The notes: a model not told the origin generated them from the letters alone. A stretch of 63,349 nucleotides of DNA, filler included, from Candidatus Woesearchaeota archaeon (GCA_023266675.1; 8 parts of 8 records of this genome joined end to end with filler, not necessarily neighbours in it), one strand, 5' to 3'. Numbered from the whole stretch's first letter, positions 1 through 8,881 are shown. Made by a program: numbers and translations.

Positions 1-183
1 GAATGGGTTATGTGTAAAAAATGAATGATATTCAGATTCAGTATTTCGATACTGTTCAGTTCCCGTTTTTCACGTGCCTGACTTACCCATTTCTCAACCA
101 TCAAAATTTCGCTAAAAACGCCACTTTTTACACTTTTTCTAAATATAGAAAGTGATGACGTGCCGACACGTCCTGTTTTGTGA

Positions 184-199
184 TGTTCCACGTGGAACA
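184..199. promoter_or_regulatory. parS centromere-like site
   Basis: TGTTCCACGTGGAACA, a perfect match to the bacterial parS palindrome; half-site TGTTTCAC at 202-209. Confidence 0.75.
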
Positions 200-331
200 T
201 ATGTTTCACAAAATACAATTTCTAAAATTGGAAAATTAAATAAAATCAGAACAATAATCTGGCACGATTTTAATTTGATATTTACAACCATCGTTTTTAG
301 CGAAATTTCGCCACTTATTTTACACGAGTTA

Positions 332-452
332 TGATGCTGCAAGTGATGCTGCAAATGATGCTGGAAATTATATGTATAAATATACGAGTACAGCTCCGCC
401 ATGTCACCGTTCGAACGGTGACAATAAATATACATGACAGGCACGTGCCTGT
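332..452. repeat. 12-nt tandem repeat x3 plus two perfect palindromes
   Basis: TGATGCTG(C/G)AA(G/A) x3 at 332-367; TGTCACCGTTCGAACGGTGACA at 402-423; ACAGGCACGTGCCTGT at 437-452. Confidence 0.85.
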
Positions 453-518
453 TTCCTGAAGTTGTCAGTCGTTAAGTGTGCATAGGCTGTTCATAAGTTG
501 TTCGTAACTCAATCTTTA

Positions 519-547
519 TTATACGGATAAAAAAGAAAAAAGTTATT
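519..547 (-). promoter_or_regulatory. ECF-type promoter (class B)
   Basis: Minus strand AATAAC-N16-CGTATAA; same geometry as the copies at 4062, 4215 and 9790. Confidence 0.5.
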
Positions 548-681
548 AACAATTTGTAGTTTATAACGATTCTTAATTGTGAGGTTGGCGGACTGTGGTG
601 TGAGCAGAATATAACGCAGGAGTGGATTACCCCTGACCCGAAGGTGGTCGACTCAAGTTGTAAACTTTCTGTCTTATAATG

Positions 682-711
682 TTATAGGTCAGAGAAAAGA
701 AAAAAAAGAAA
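682..711 (-). promoter_or_regulatory. Repeated phage promoter (class A), copy 1
   Basis: Minus strand TTTC-T-tract...GACCTATAA, 30 bp, one of 7 copies with identical spacing. Confidence 0.65.
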
Positions 712-763
712 ACCAAATATAATTTTGTTTGAGCTGAGGTATAACAAAATTATATTTGGTTTT
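709..763 (-). terminator. 21-bp perfect inverted repeat, probable terminator
   Basis: 709-729 pairs with 743-763 (13-nt loop), just downstream of ORF 774-1052. Confidence 0.6.
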
Positions 764-773
764 GTTTAATAAT

Positions 774-1052
774 TTATCGGTACATTGATATTTCTGCCGT
801 TTTAAGTATGAATGTAATCATTAGGCTATTATTACCAAGGTTTGTTTGTTTAAAATCCTCGATAAAGAATCCATCGTCATAGTACTTATCTAGTTCAGGA
901 TATGTAATCACTTGCTTTTCATTACTTATAGCTTTAAAAACAGTTAATACTATTTGTTTTCTTACTTTTATCCCTTTAGATAGAATGGTCTTATTATCTA
1001 ATTCTTTTGTTGCAGTTTCCATGGCGTAGCTATATTTTGAATTACCGTACAC
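774..1052 (-). CDS. Phage hypothetical protein
   Basis: ORF co-oriented with the phage gene array; start uncertain. Confidence 0.5.
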   Translation of the reverse strand: MYGNSKYSYAMETATKELDNKTILSKGIKVRKQIVLTVFKAISNEKQVITYPELDKYYDDGFFIEDFKQTNLGNNSLMITFILKTAEISMYR

Positions 1053-1417
1053 TTATAGCACTCAAAATATGTGCCTACATAATTGTGATAAAGAATAATT
1101 TGCTATTAATTTGCAATAAAAAGAGAATAATTCTTTAAATAATGTGATTTATCCGAATAAATCAAAAATATCTCGAAGAATTTATTTGTCTGGTAGAATA
1201 AAAAACTTTTGACTGTTTGAGACTTTTAGTTTTGTTTAAGCTCAAAGGAAAGTAGAATGTGGCTCAGTAATGATACGATATGAGCCGCAATGATATGATA
1301 GATGAGCTATAAATAAAAATCCCCCAGAGATAATTCTCAGGAGGATTTCAGGACTTGTCATTCCTTAACTCTGTATTCGACACCTAATCAAGTTATACAA
1401 ACATATAATAAATAATC

Positions 1418-1609
1418 TTATGTTACAAATAAAACGTTAAAATTTTTATTGTCATTTAATTCCTGGGCATATCTATAAGCTTCGCCTTGTTTCATATTGT
1501 CTTTATAGATGAAGCCAGTTTTATTTCCAATTGCAGCAGTGTTATTTGCATCTTTTCTCATACCAATTAAAATTTTTGTATCAATAAGCCAGGCCTGTTG
1601 TCTTGTCAT
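1418..1609 (-). CDS. Phage hypothetical protein
   Basis: ATG ORF with A-rich leader in a compact minus-strand array. Confidence 0.6.
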   Translation of the reverse strand: MTRQQAWLIDTKILIGMRKDANNTAAIGNKTGFIYKDNMKQGEAYRYAQELNDNKNFNVLFVT

Positions 1610-1625
1610 TTTTGTTTGAGGTTAA

Positions 1626-1841
1626 TTAAAAACTAGAATAACTAAATACAACGGCTTTTTCTGACTTCCCAGATTTTGGACCGTCAGGTTGAGCGTGTTC
1701 ACTAACAACTACATTATGGTTCTCAATATGAGATTGTACACTTCCCCAGTAGTCATCAGCTTCAGATATGACGCAGTTGATGTCGCCATGTTCAGCTCTG
1801 AGTTTTTCCAGATGAAGGATTAATTGAGATATTGTTTTCAT
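1626..1841 (-). CDS. Phage hypothetical protein
   Basis: ATG overlaps upstream stop (TAATG coupling). Confidence 0.7.
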   Translation of the reverse strand: MKTISQLILHLEKLRAEHGDINCVISEADDYWGSVQSHIENHNVVVSEHAQPDGPKSGKSEKAVVFSYSSF

Positions 1842-2359
1842 TATACATTTATTTTTCTACGAATGGAACCGTTGCTTACCTCATTATGTTTATTTCCAAT
1901 CTCGCCAAGTACTTTACGCCATTTATTATCAGTACCTAAATATTCATCTCCAATCTTTATAATGTCACCGTCACAAAGAGTTTGATAAAAAATTGGTCTA
2001 CGTGTTTTATTCTTTTGCGCAACAGTTCCAGTTCCATCAAACTTTTCCTTTAGGATTAAATCAGAATATGGATTGTCAGCATCAGCATTCTCAGCATATT
2101 TTTCTAATAACTTAAGCGCTGCTTTTAACTCAGGAGGATAATTCTTTTTGATTCTGCCATTCAATCCAGAATCACGATAATGATATTCCAAGGCTTTTAA
2201 TTGATTGAGATAGCATTCAATGAAGTTTACTTGAATATAGCCAGTAGCTTTAAAAGCTGATGGATATTCTTTAAATAATAACCCAAATAATGATATAAAT
2301 GCAGCATGAAGGTCTGTTTTTATATCAATAAGTTTGTCGAATGATTTATTTTTTTTCAT
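1841..2359 (-). CDS. Phage hypothetical protein
   Basis: 172-aa ORF tightly coupled to neighbours. Confidence 0.7.
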   Translation of the reverse strand: MKKNKSFDKLIDIKTDLHAAFISLFGLLFKEYPSAFKATGYIQVNFIECYLNQLKALEYHYRDSGLNGRIKKNYPPELKAALKLLEKYAENADADNPYSDLILKEKFDGTGTVAQKNKTRRPIFYQTLCDGDIIKIGDEYLGTDNKWRKVLGEIGNKHNEVSNGSIRRKINV

Positions 2360-2360
2360 A

Positions 2361-2645
2361 TTATTTGTAGCTTTTTAGAACATGGTCAATAACTTTTTCA
2401 TATTTAACGCCATCCAAGTCAACGGATACTTCCCAGCGATTTCCTATTGGGAAAAATCTATGTAAAGAAAAACGTCCAGGTTTATCTGAGTCTTCAGACA
2501 CAATGATAACTTTGTTTGTTGGCATTATTGTGTAGCTGATGATATTCATATCTTCAAGCCAGGACTCAGCGAGTTCTTCCAGTTTGCCAGAGGCAACGTG
2601 AAATTGTTGGTCTGCTTCTTCGCAGATGTGTCTAAGTGTTTTCAT
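2361..2645 (-). CDS. Phage hypothetical protein
   Basis: 94-aa ORF, A-rich leader. Confidence 0.7.
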   Translation of the reverse strand: MKTLRHICEEADQQFHVASGKLEELAESWLEDMNIISYTIMPTNKVIIVSEDSDKPGRFSLHRFFPIGNRWEVSVDLDGVKYEKVIDHVLKSYK

Positions 2646-2813
2646 TTTTTGTTTTTTGTGAACCGCATGGGAATTGGACCCAATACATTCCTTTGTTTAT
2701 TCAGACTTTATTGCAAGCAGTACTGAAGACTCAGGTTTTACCGTTTATATTATGCTACCACAATTCCGTTTTGCAAATTAGAATCAGGTCATCAATATGC
2801 AGCTCATATAATT

Positions 2814-3035
2814 TTAAATTTCAATTTCAACTTTTGTGCTCGTTTCAATCACTTTGTGTCCTTTTTCTTCAAGAATTTTAATTGCTTTCCACAATCCTGA
2901 GACATTGAAATATTGTCCGAAGATTCTACCCTCAAATCCATCAACTGTAATATCATCATTTCCGATGATTGATTTTGTTTTACCTGTGTCCTTGTTGACA
3001 ATTGTAACTACTTTAACTGGAACTTTGATTTTCAT
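2814..3035 (-). CDS. Phage hypothetical protein
   Basis: ORF directly downstream of class A promoter. Confidence 0.7.
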   Translation of the reverse strand: MKIKVPVKVVTIVNKDTGKTKSIIGNDDITVDGFEGRIFGQYFNVSGLWKAIKILEEKGHKVIETSTKVEIEI

Positions 3036-3059
3036 ATCTTTATGTTTTGATTTATAAAC

Positions 3060-3089
3060 TTATAGGTCAAGGAAAAGAAAAAAAAGAAA
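3060..3089 (-). promoter_or_regulatory. Class A phage promoter, copy 2
   Basis: Plus strand TTATAGGTCAAGGAAAAGAAAAAAAAGAAA. Confidence 0.7.
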
Positions 3090-3094
3090 TAGGT

Positions 3095-3289
3095 TTAATT
3101 TTTAGATTTATTAGTGAAAAGAATTTTACGGCAATGTTTTCCAACTGTCCACTTAATTTTTTTGCCATAATAATTAGGCTCATCTGGAATATGACTATCA
3201 ATTTCTAAACATTTATCTGTAACGCCAAAAGCTACAATATCATCGTCTACTTTAATTTCTTCATTTTCTAAAACAATATATTTTTTCAT
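3095..3289 (-). CDS. Phage hypothetical protein
   Basis: ORF between two class A promoters. Confidence 0.65.
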   Translation of the reverse strand: MKKYIVLENEEIKVDDDIVAFGVTDKCLEIDSHIPDEPNYYGKKIKWTVGKHCRKILFTNKSKN

Positions 3290-3312
3290 AATTTATTTAA
3301 TTACTTTTATAA

Positions 3313-3342
3313 TTATAGGTCAAGGAAAATAAAAAAAAGAAA
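3313..3342 (-). promoter_or_regulatory. Class A phage promoter, copy 3
   Basis: Same 30-bp motif. Confidence 0.7.
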
Positions 3343-3573
3343 TTACTTACTCAGCTCTATTTGCACGGACATTGTTTTATTGCAACTTGTGCAATAATAG
3401 CCTTCCCAATGTTTAACTGCGAATTGATATTTACCTTTACCACCACCATAGCCAGCTGCAGCAAGATAAGTCGTATATTTTCCGCAATTAAAGCATTGTT
3501 TTCTGCTTGCATAATAAGATTGAATCTTACCAATAACAAATCCGATTAGGACCAGGATAAAATATTTTAACAT
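3343..3573 (-). CDS. Small membrane-anchored zinc-ribbon protein
   Basis: N-terminal hydrophobic helix, CFNC and CTSC pairs. Confidence 0.6.
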   Translation of the reverse strand: MLKYFILVLIGFVIGKIQSYYASRKQCFNCGKYTTYLAAAGYGGGKGKYQFAVKHWEGYYCTSCNKTMSVQIELSK

Positions 3574-4040
3574 TTGATTAAGTTTTTAAGATTAACAATC
3601 GTAATATTATCCATTTCCTCATTGCCGCCTTGTCCATTTGAGTCGCCATCAAATTTTTCTTTCAGCCTAAGAGCTTCCCAATAAGAAGTTTTTTCCATGG
3701 TTACTTCAGGATTACCTCTGTGAAGAAAAGCCAATACAAACTGTTCCTTATTAAGTTCAGATAATTGTCTCAACATTATACTCTCCAGCTCTCTCTTTTG
3801 CTCTGACCATAACACAACTTCATTTTTTTTCAATACTTGATTAAACCAAACAGAAAAATCTTTCCAGAGTTGTTTCCAGTTGATAATGTTAGGTACCGTC
3901 TTTTCGAAAGAGTCTTGAATCTTTTCAGTTTGCAATTCCCACATTGGAGCACACTTGGCCTTTGATTGATAAGCATCGTGCCATACCAATAACTTTTTCC
4001 AGTTGCGAGAGAATTTAAAATCAATTTGAGTAGATGCCAT
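3567..4040 (-). CDS. Phage hypothetical protein with internal Trp-rich duplication
   Basis: NWKKLL..W...W..Q and NWKQLW..W...W..Q segments. Confidence 0.7.
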   Translation of the reverse strand: MASTQIDFKFSRNWKKLLVWHDAYQSKAKCAPMWELQTEKIQDSFEKTVPNIINWKQLWKDFSVWFNQVLKKNEVVLWSEQKRELESIMLRQLSELNKEQFVLAFLHRGNPEVTMEKTSYWEALRLKEKFDGDSNGQGGNEEMDNITIVNLKNLIKC

Positions 4041-4061
4041 AAATATTGTTTCTTTTCATTA

Positions 4062-4090
4062 TTATACGTAAGAAGTGTTAATAAGTTTCA
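4062..4090 (-). promoter_or_regulatory. ECF-type promoter (class B)
   Basis: Minus strand TGAAAC-N16-CGTATAA upstream of ATG 4040. Confidence 0.65.
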
Positions 4091-4214
4091 GGTTATTTTG
4101 ATTTTTTTAGAACTTTTTTAAAGAAAAAATCCTGACAACATTTCTGCTATCAGGATTCAAAAAAAAATAAAGAACGAAATCGGCAACTATGGCGAATTGC
4201 CACTTTTCAATTGA

Positions 4215-4243
4215 TTATACGTTTAAATTGTAAAAAAGTTTCA
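4215..4243 (-). promoter_or_regulatory. ECF-type promoter (class B)
   Basis: Minus strand TGAAAC-N16-CGTATAA. Confidence 0.6.
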
Positions 4244-4849
4244 ATTATTTTTTGTCTTTTCTAAAACCAGGTCTCTCACTGCAGCTGCCAATTCAAAATC
4301 TTGTTGACTAATTGCAAGTTGTTCTTCAGCTTGAAGTTCATCAATTGTCATATCATTAATATCTTTCTTTTGAATTCCAGACTTTGGACCGAAAGCTCTA
4401 TTTAATATTTCATCACGGTTTTTTATAAGGTCTTCTGCGTTTGTAAAATTAGTTTCACCCAATGGAGTTATGGTTCCATCTTCATCTAATGATGAGATGC
4501 TTAAAGTTCCTGTAGCTCCAAATCCAGGGAGACCATTGTTTCCGAGACCGCCAAATAATTTTGTAAATGGATTTTCGGGTTGGTTAACTGTTTTGGTCAT
4601 TTCGTGTTCTATGAATTTAGTCATAACATCAGCAATGATTGAAGTGCTTGTTAAAATTTTTGTTATCATATAAGAAGAAATGGTAACGAAGAATAAAATT
4701 GTTCCCAAACAAAAAACATTAAAGCCATGTGTAAAATTTGGTCCACCTGAATAAGCATCATAGGCCATAATTCCAGCACCTGCAACAGCTGCAACAAAAG
4801 AGAATAACATGATAACAGTAAGGGAGAGAGCAAAAAAAATGTTTTTCAT
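4241..4849 (-). CDS. Membrane protein with C-terminal UVR (UvrB/UvrC) motif
   Basis: Two TM helices; C-terminal ELQAEEQLAISQQDFELAAAVRD. Confidence 0.7.
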   Translation of the reverse strand: MKNIFFALSLTVIMLFSFVAAVAGAGIMAYDAYSGGPNFTHGFNVFCLGTILFFVTISSYMITKILTSTSIIADVMTKFIEHEMTKTVNQPENPFTKLFGGLGNNGLPGFGATGTLSISSLDEDGTITPLGETNFTNAEDLIKNRDEILNRAFGPKSGIQKKDINDMTIDELQAEEQLAISQQDFELAAAVRDLVLEKTKNN

Positions 4850-4876
4850 ATATTTGAGTTTTTTATTGTTGAGCTA

Positions 4877-4907
4877 CAAATATATTATAAATTTATAATA
4901 AAACAAA
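4877..4907 (-). promoter_or_regulatory. Bacteroidota housekeeping-type promoter
   Basis: Minus strand TTTG-N19-TATATTTG matches -33 TTTG / -7 TAnnTTTG. Confidence 0.6.
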
Positions 4908-4908
4908 A

Positions 4909-5175
4909 TTAAAATTCATCATATTCTTCGAGCAATTGTGTATAAATAATTTCGATATCATTTCGTAAATCTTCACCACCATCCATTTCATCCCAGGGAG
5001 CGTCATTGACAAATACCATTAATTCTCTTGCAGATGAAATAACATCATCAATGTGTTTCGAAGCGGATACATCATTATAAATTCCATGACAAGTATCGGA
5101 AAGAATTTCTTCTTCGAGTTGATTGCAGATATCAATAATATCGAACAACAGGGATTTAGCTTTTTTTATTTCCAT
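4909..5175 (-). CDS. Acidic phage hypothetical protein
   Basis: 88-aa D/E-rich helical ORF. Confidence 0.7.
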   Translation of the reverse strand: MEIKKAKSLLFDIIDICNQLEEEILSDTCHGIYNDVSASKHIDDVISSARELMVFVNDAPWDEMDGGEDLRNDIEIIYTQLLEEYDEF

Positions 5176-5251
5176 TTCGAATAAATATGAAAATAAAAAG
5201 AAAAAAATCCTGGTTTATTATTGGGGGCCAGGATTTTTCATATGTTATATT

Positions 5252-5491
5252 TTATTTGCTATTCCACAAGTCATCGAAATTTTCTTCTCGTTCAATGATT
5301 TTAATTTGAATATCATTGTTTCTACAGAAGGAGTCGAGATGATAACCTTCACTTTCAAAATATGTTTTATCTCCTGCTTTATTAAGCATTCCACACACTT
5401 GAACTGTATCACATCCTTCTTCGCAAACAGCAGATGTTTTGTTTCCGTGGCTATCTTTTAAAAGGTAGATTTTTGTTGTTACTTTGTTCAT
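5252..5491 (-). CDS. Phage hypothetical protein
   Basis: ORF followed by hairpin ATCCTGG..CCAGGAT at about 5203-5238. Confidence 0.7.
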   Translation of the reverse strand: MNKVTTKIYLLKDSHGNKTSAVCEEGCDTVQVCGMLNKAGDKTYFESEGYHLDSFCRNNDIQIKIIEREENFDDLWNSK

Positions 5492-5509
5492 TTTTTTTGT
5501 TTTTTAAAG

Positions 5510-5761
5510 TTAGATGTCATTCAATGTTTCATCAAGAAACTGAGAAGTAATTTCATCTTGTTCTTTTGATGCTCTATGAACAATGCTAAATGATATTACT
5601 TTAGCAGTTTTCTTTGTATTAACAAAGTCTTCTAATTCTTGATAGCTATCGGAATTTGAATACAGAGTTAAATTTGAAGAATAAGGTTCACCTGTTTCGA
5701 ATTTAATTATAAACCTATGAGTAAATCCTTCAAATTCTGTTTTTGAATATTTCGTTTCCAT
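5510..5761 (-). CDS. Phage hypothetical protein
   Basis: ATG ORF with A-rich leader. Confidence 0.7.
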   Translation of the reverse strand: METKYSKTEFEGFTHRFIIKFETGEPYSSNLTLYSNSDSYQELEDFVNTKKTAKVISFSIVHRASKEQDEITSQFLDETLNDI

Positions 5762-5778
5762 TTTTGTTTTTTTAAAAA

Positions 5779-6498
5779 TTAATATTCGTCTTCTTCAAAA
5801 ATTTCTTCTTCTTCAGCTGCTTTGATAGCCTTAGCAGGCTTGGTATGAATTCTACCATATTCAAACTCAGTTGATTTATTAATCAAGAACTTTTTCATTT
5901 CAGCTTTAGAACGGTGCATCAATCCTTTAACAGTACCAATTGGCAATCCAAGTTGTATTGCTGTGTTCTCATAACTTTCTTCTTCAATAAATATTAAAGT
6001 GATGATTTGTTTGCCAAGTTCTGATTTAATAGAATTCAAAGCAGCAATAGCTTGTTCGGCACGTTCATTTTGAATATAATTTTTAAATAAGTTTGTGTCT
6101 TTATCTTCAATTTGAAAAGCAATTTCGTTCATGCTGTCATCTCCACCGTGTTCAGACATAAGAGAATCTACACTAAGAACTTCTACTTTATGTTTACGTT
6201 TAACATCAATTAAATGATTTTTTGCCAAATTATATAACCAAGTAGAGAATGCTGTTGAAAAGTCATACAGGTTTATTTTTTCAAATACCTTTGCAAATAT
6301 TTCCTGATTCATATCTTTTGCAGACTCCTCATCCATCTTAACAAATTTAAGTGCTTCATAGAACAGAGGGTTCTTATAACGTTTGTAGATTTGGTTGAAA
6401 GCATCTTGTGCTTCAACTTTATTTCCAATTTGCATTGCAAGAGCATTGTATTTATCTGCTTCAATTTGCTCGATACTTTTAACTGCTACGTTTTTCAT
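5779..6498 (-). CDS. ECF-family RNA polymerase sigma factor
   Basis: Region 2 AFNQIYKRY...AKDMNQEIFAKVF...FSTWLYNLAKNHLID; region 4 SYENTAIQLGLPIGTVKGLMHRSK. Confidence 0.9.
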   Translation of the reverse strand: MKNVAVKSIEQIEADKYNALAMQIGNKVEAQDAFNQIYKRYKNPLFYEALKFVKMDEESAKDMNQEIFAKVFEKINLYDFSTAFSTWLYNLAKNHLIDVKRKHKVEVLSVDSLMSEHGGDDSMNEIAFQIEDKDTNLFKNYIQNERAEQAIAALNSIKSELGKQIITLIFIEEESYENTAIQLGLPIGTVKGLMHRSKAEMKKFLINKSTEFEYGRIHTKPAKAIKAAEEEEIFEEDEY

Positions 6499-6539
6499 AT
6501 TTGTTGTTTTGGATTTAAAGATTAAATTGTTATCTGAAT

Positions 6540-6569
6540 TTATAGGTCAAGGAAAATAAAAAAAAGAAA
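6540..6569 (-). promoter_or_regulatory. Class A phage promoter, copy 4 (upstream of sigma gene)
   Basis: Same 30-bp motif. Confidence 0.7.
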
Positions 6570-6574
6570 ATAGT

Positions 6575-6868
6575 TTATTTTTCTTTAATTAATATAGCTT
6601 TGTTGCCATAAATTGATACTCGATTACCATCTTTTCGTGGAGTTAAATCTTTTTTTAATTCATATCCACTATAAACAGGTTCAGGTAATCCAAATGATTT
6701 ATAAACAGTAATATTATCAATAATGAAAGCCCATCTCTCATCTTTAATCACATCTCCTTTTTTAAACTTGGCATTGCTCATTGCAAAGTCATAATGCAAT
6801 TGTTTTTTTGCCAGTTCAAAATCAGCTTCAAGTTTTTTTAACTTTTCTTTATAATCAATTTCTTCCAT
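6575..6868 (-). CDS. Phage hypothetical protein
   Basis: 97-aa ORF downstream of class A promoter. Confidence 0.75.
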   Translation of the reverse strand: MEEIDYKEKLKKLEADFELAKKQLHYDFAMSNAKFKKGDVIKDERWAFIIDNITVYKSFGLPEPVYSGYELKKDLTPRKDGNRVSIYGNKAILIKEK

Positions 6869-6885
6869 TGTTTTTGTTTTTATTA

Positions 6886-6915
6886 TTATAGGTCAAAGAA
6901 AATAAAAAAAAGAAA
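6886..6915 (-). promoter_or_regulatory. Class A phage promoter, copy 5
   Basis: Same 30-bp motif. Confidence 0.7.
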
Positions 6916-6943
6916 TACTATATAGGAACAAGTTCCTTTGAGC

Positions 6944-7159
6944 TTAAAAGAATCCTTTTGGAGTAGGATTTACTAAAGGTGCTGGAACATTGAATGGGTC
7001 ATTTTTGTCTGGGCTTGGAATAACTATTGGAGCTGGTTTTGTAATTGGTTCAGCTGGAATAACTTCTGGTCGTCCGTTACAATCCCAATTAGGAAATTCA
7101 GTACAGCTATATAAAAAATTCTCAGCAGCTAATTTGTTTATATAATTTATAAAATCCAT
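6944..7159 (-). CDS. Small proline-rich protein
   Basis: 71 aa, overlaps upstream stop, Pro-rich C-terminal half. Confidence 0.6.
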   Translation of the reverse strand: MDFINYINKLAAENFLYSCTEFPNWDCNGRPEVIPAEPITKPAPIVIPSPDKNDPFNVPAPLVNPTPKGFF

Positions 7160-8208
7160 CCGTTTATTTTTTTTGTTGCTTCTTCTTTATTATCCTGAAT
7201 CAAACGAAACAGGTCTACGAGTTCTTGATAATTAAGTTTCGTTAATCTGGAAATTAATTTTGGTAAGTCTTCATTAGAGACTTGAGCAGTTTCCAGAAGT
7301 CCCGCCCACAATGAAGGTGAAAGTAAGTAGTGATAAACTTCATTTTGATAGCTATCGCTTTTTGAATAATAATAAGTAAGCTCTTCATTAGTGTAATTAT
7401 TTGGAATTCCTGCTGACACTAACCAATCTACCACACCTTTATTAATTTCATGAAGAAGTACAGGGAAATTTATTCCCTTTGCTTGAACTTGACCTCCAAA
7501 TCCTTTTTGTCTATCAAATTGTAATTTATTATATCCTTGTGTTATTTGAGTACCATTATCTATTTCAGATTGAAATGAATCTGGATTGATATTCCATATT
7601 GCTATTCCAAGATTGGATGTATAGTAATCGTATAATTCTTTAAGTTGAGGATTAAGTTTATCCAGTTCAACTGAAACAAGATGATATATACCTTTCCAAA
7701 TATGTAAACTTGAGCCATGACAAAGACCATTAAGAATTATTCTTTTTTGAATTTCTTCACGCATTTTGTTTTTTTGACTTAATGTTAGTTCAAGAAATGA
7801 ATTTGGACTATTATCCTGTTCTGTGTCTAAATCTATTCTTGGATAAATAATTCCTTTCAGGTCAACATAATCTGGCACGTGATAAATATTTTTAATTGTA
7901 TTAACTGCGAGTTCTTCAAGTTGTTTTCGTATTGGTGCTTCTGCCTTAGCAATTAAAGATTGAATCCCAGCAATTCTATTAATTCCCTCTAATGGTTTAA
8001 GACCAGGATTTCGTTTTTGAAAAAGTTCAAAACAGCGTTTATATTCTTTAAATGCAAGTTGTTCAGGCTTATAGGAAAAAACAAGATTGTGGTCTAATGG
8101 AAACATCCTTGAATCTATTTTCTTAACCAGAATTTTATCTGGTTGATGAGAAAGGGAGAGGAGTAGTTCTGAGAACTTCTTTGAGCTTATATCTGGTTTC
8201 TTTGCCAT
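7147..8208 (-). CDS. Phage hypothetical protein with LLHEINKG (zincin-like HExxK) motif
   Basis: Long ORF; start reassigned to ATG 8208 (MAKKPDIS) because a TACTTTTG -7 box lies at 8213-8220. Confidence 0.7.
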   Translation of the reverse strand: MAKKPDISSKKFSELLLSLSHQPDKILVKKIDSRMFPLDHNLVFSYKPEQLAFKEYKRCFELFQKRNPGLKPLEGINRIAGIQSLIAKAEAPIRKQLEELAVNTIKNIYHVPDYVDLKGIIYPRIDLDTEQDNSPNSFLELTLSQKNKMREEIQKRIILNGLCHGSSLHIWKGIYHLVSVELDKLNPQLKELYDYYTSNLGIAIWNINPDSFQSEIDNGTQITQGYNKLQFDRQKGFGGQVQAKGINFPVLLHEINKGVVDWLVSAGIPNNYTNEELTYYYSKSDSYQNEVYHYLLSPSLWAGLLETAQVSNEDLPKLISRLTKLNYQELVDLFRLIQDNKEEATKKINGWIL

Positions 8209-8275
8209 GCGACAAAAGTAATTATTTATTTTGAAAAAGCAATTTAATAATTTATATTTATATAAAAATAAATTT

Positions 8276-8851
8276 ATGTCAAAAAAAGAAAGAAACAAAA
8301 AATATAGAGAATCCCATAAAGAGGAAACTAAAGAATATAAACAAAAATATAACAAATTAAATAAAAAAGAAGTTGCAAAATATCAAAAAGAATATAATAA
8401 ACAATATTATAAATCTAATAAAATCAAAATAGATAAAAAAAATAAAACATACAGAAAAGAAAATATAGATAAAGTTAGGGAGACAGGCAGACTTTATAAA
8501 AAGAATAGAAAATCAGTAGATTCTTTATTTAAACTTTCTCAAAATATTAAAAGCCTTATTTTAGGTTCTATAAAAAGTTCTGGATTTAAAAAAGAAACTA
8601 AAACTGCTAAAATTTTAGGTTGCACTATTCAAGAATTTAAAGAATATTTAGAGAATCAATTTGAATCATGGATGAACTGGAATAATTATGGAGTTTATAA
8701 AATAAATGGAAAACGTACTTGGCAAATCGACCATTTGTTACCTTCAGCATCAGCAAAAACAGAAGAAGATATAATTAAACTAAATCATCATTCTAATCTT
8801 AAACCTCTTTGTTCAAAAGAAAATTTAGATAAAGGAAATAAGTTAATTTAA
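8276..8851 (+). CDS. HNH/endonuclease VII-like homing endonuclease
   Basis: K/Y-rich N-terminus; WMNWNNYG...WQIDHLLP...LNHHSNLKPLCSKENLDK; the only plus-strand gene called on the contig. Confidence 0.75.
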   Translation: MSKKERNKKYRESHKEETKEYKQKYNKLNKKEVAKYQKEYNKQYYKSNKIKIDKKNKTYRKENIDKVRETGRLYKKNRKSVDSLFKLSQNIKSLILGSIKSSGFKKETKTAKILGCTIQEFKEYLENQFESWMNWNNYGVYKINGKRTWQIDHLLPSASAKTEEDIIKLNHHSNLKPLCSKENLDKGNKLI

Positions 8852-8878
8852 AACTCCCCATATTTCAGGGGAGTTTTT
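8851..8878. terminator. Bidirectional intrinsic terminator
   Basis: AAAACTCCCC-loop-GGGGAGTTTT between convergent genes. Confidence 0.75.
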
Positions 8879-8881
8879 ATT

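Noticed and set aside
139..444. ORF with LQHH repeats
   Set aside because: Translation of a 12-nt DNA tandem repeat and palindromes; no protein-like features
590..660. tRNA-like GGTCGACTC motif
   Set aside because: No cloverleaf could be built; kept only as a candidate small RNA on the minus strand
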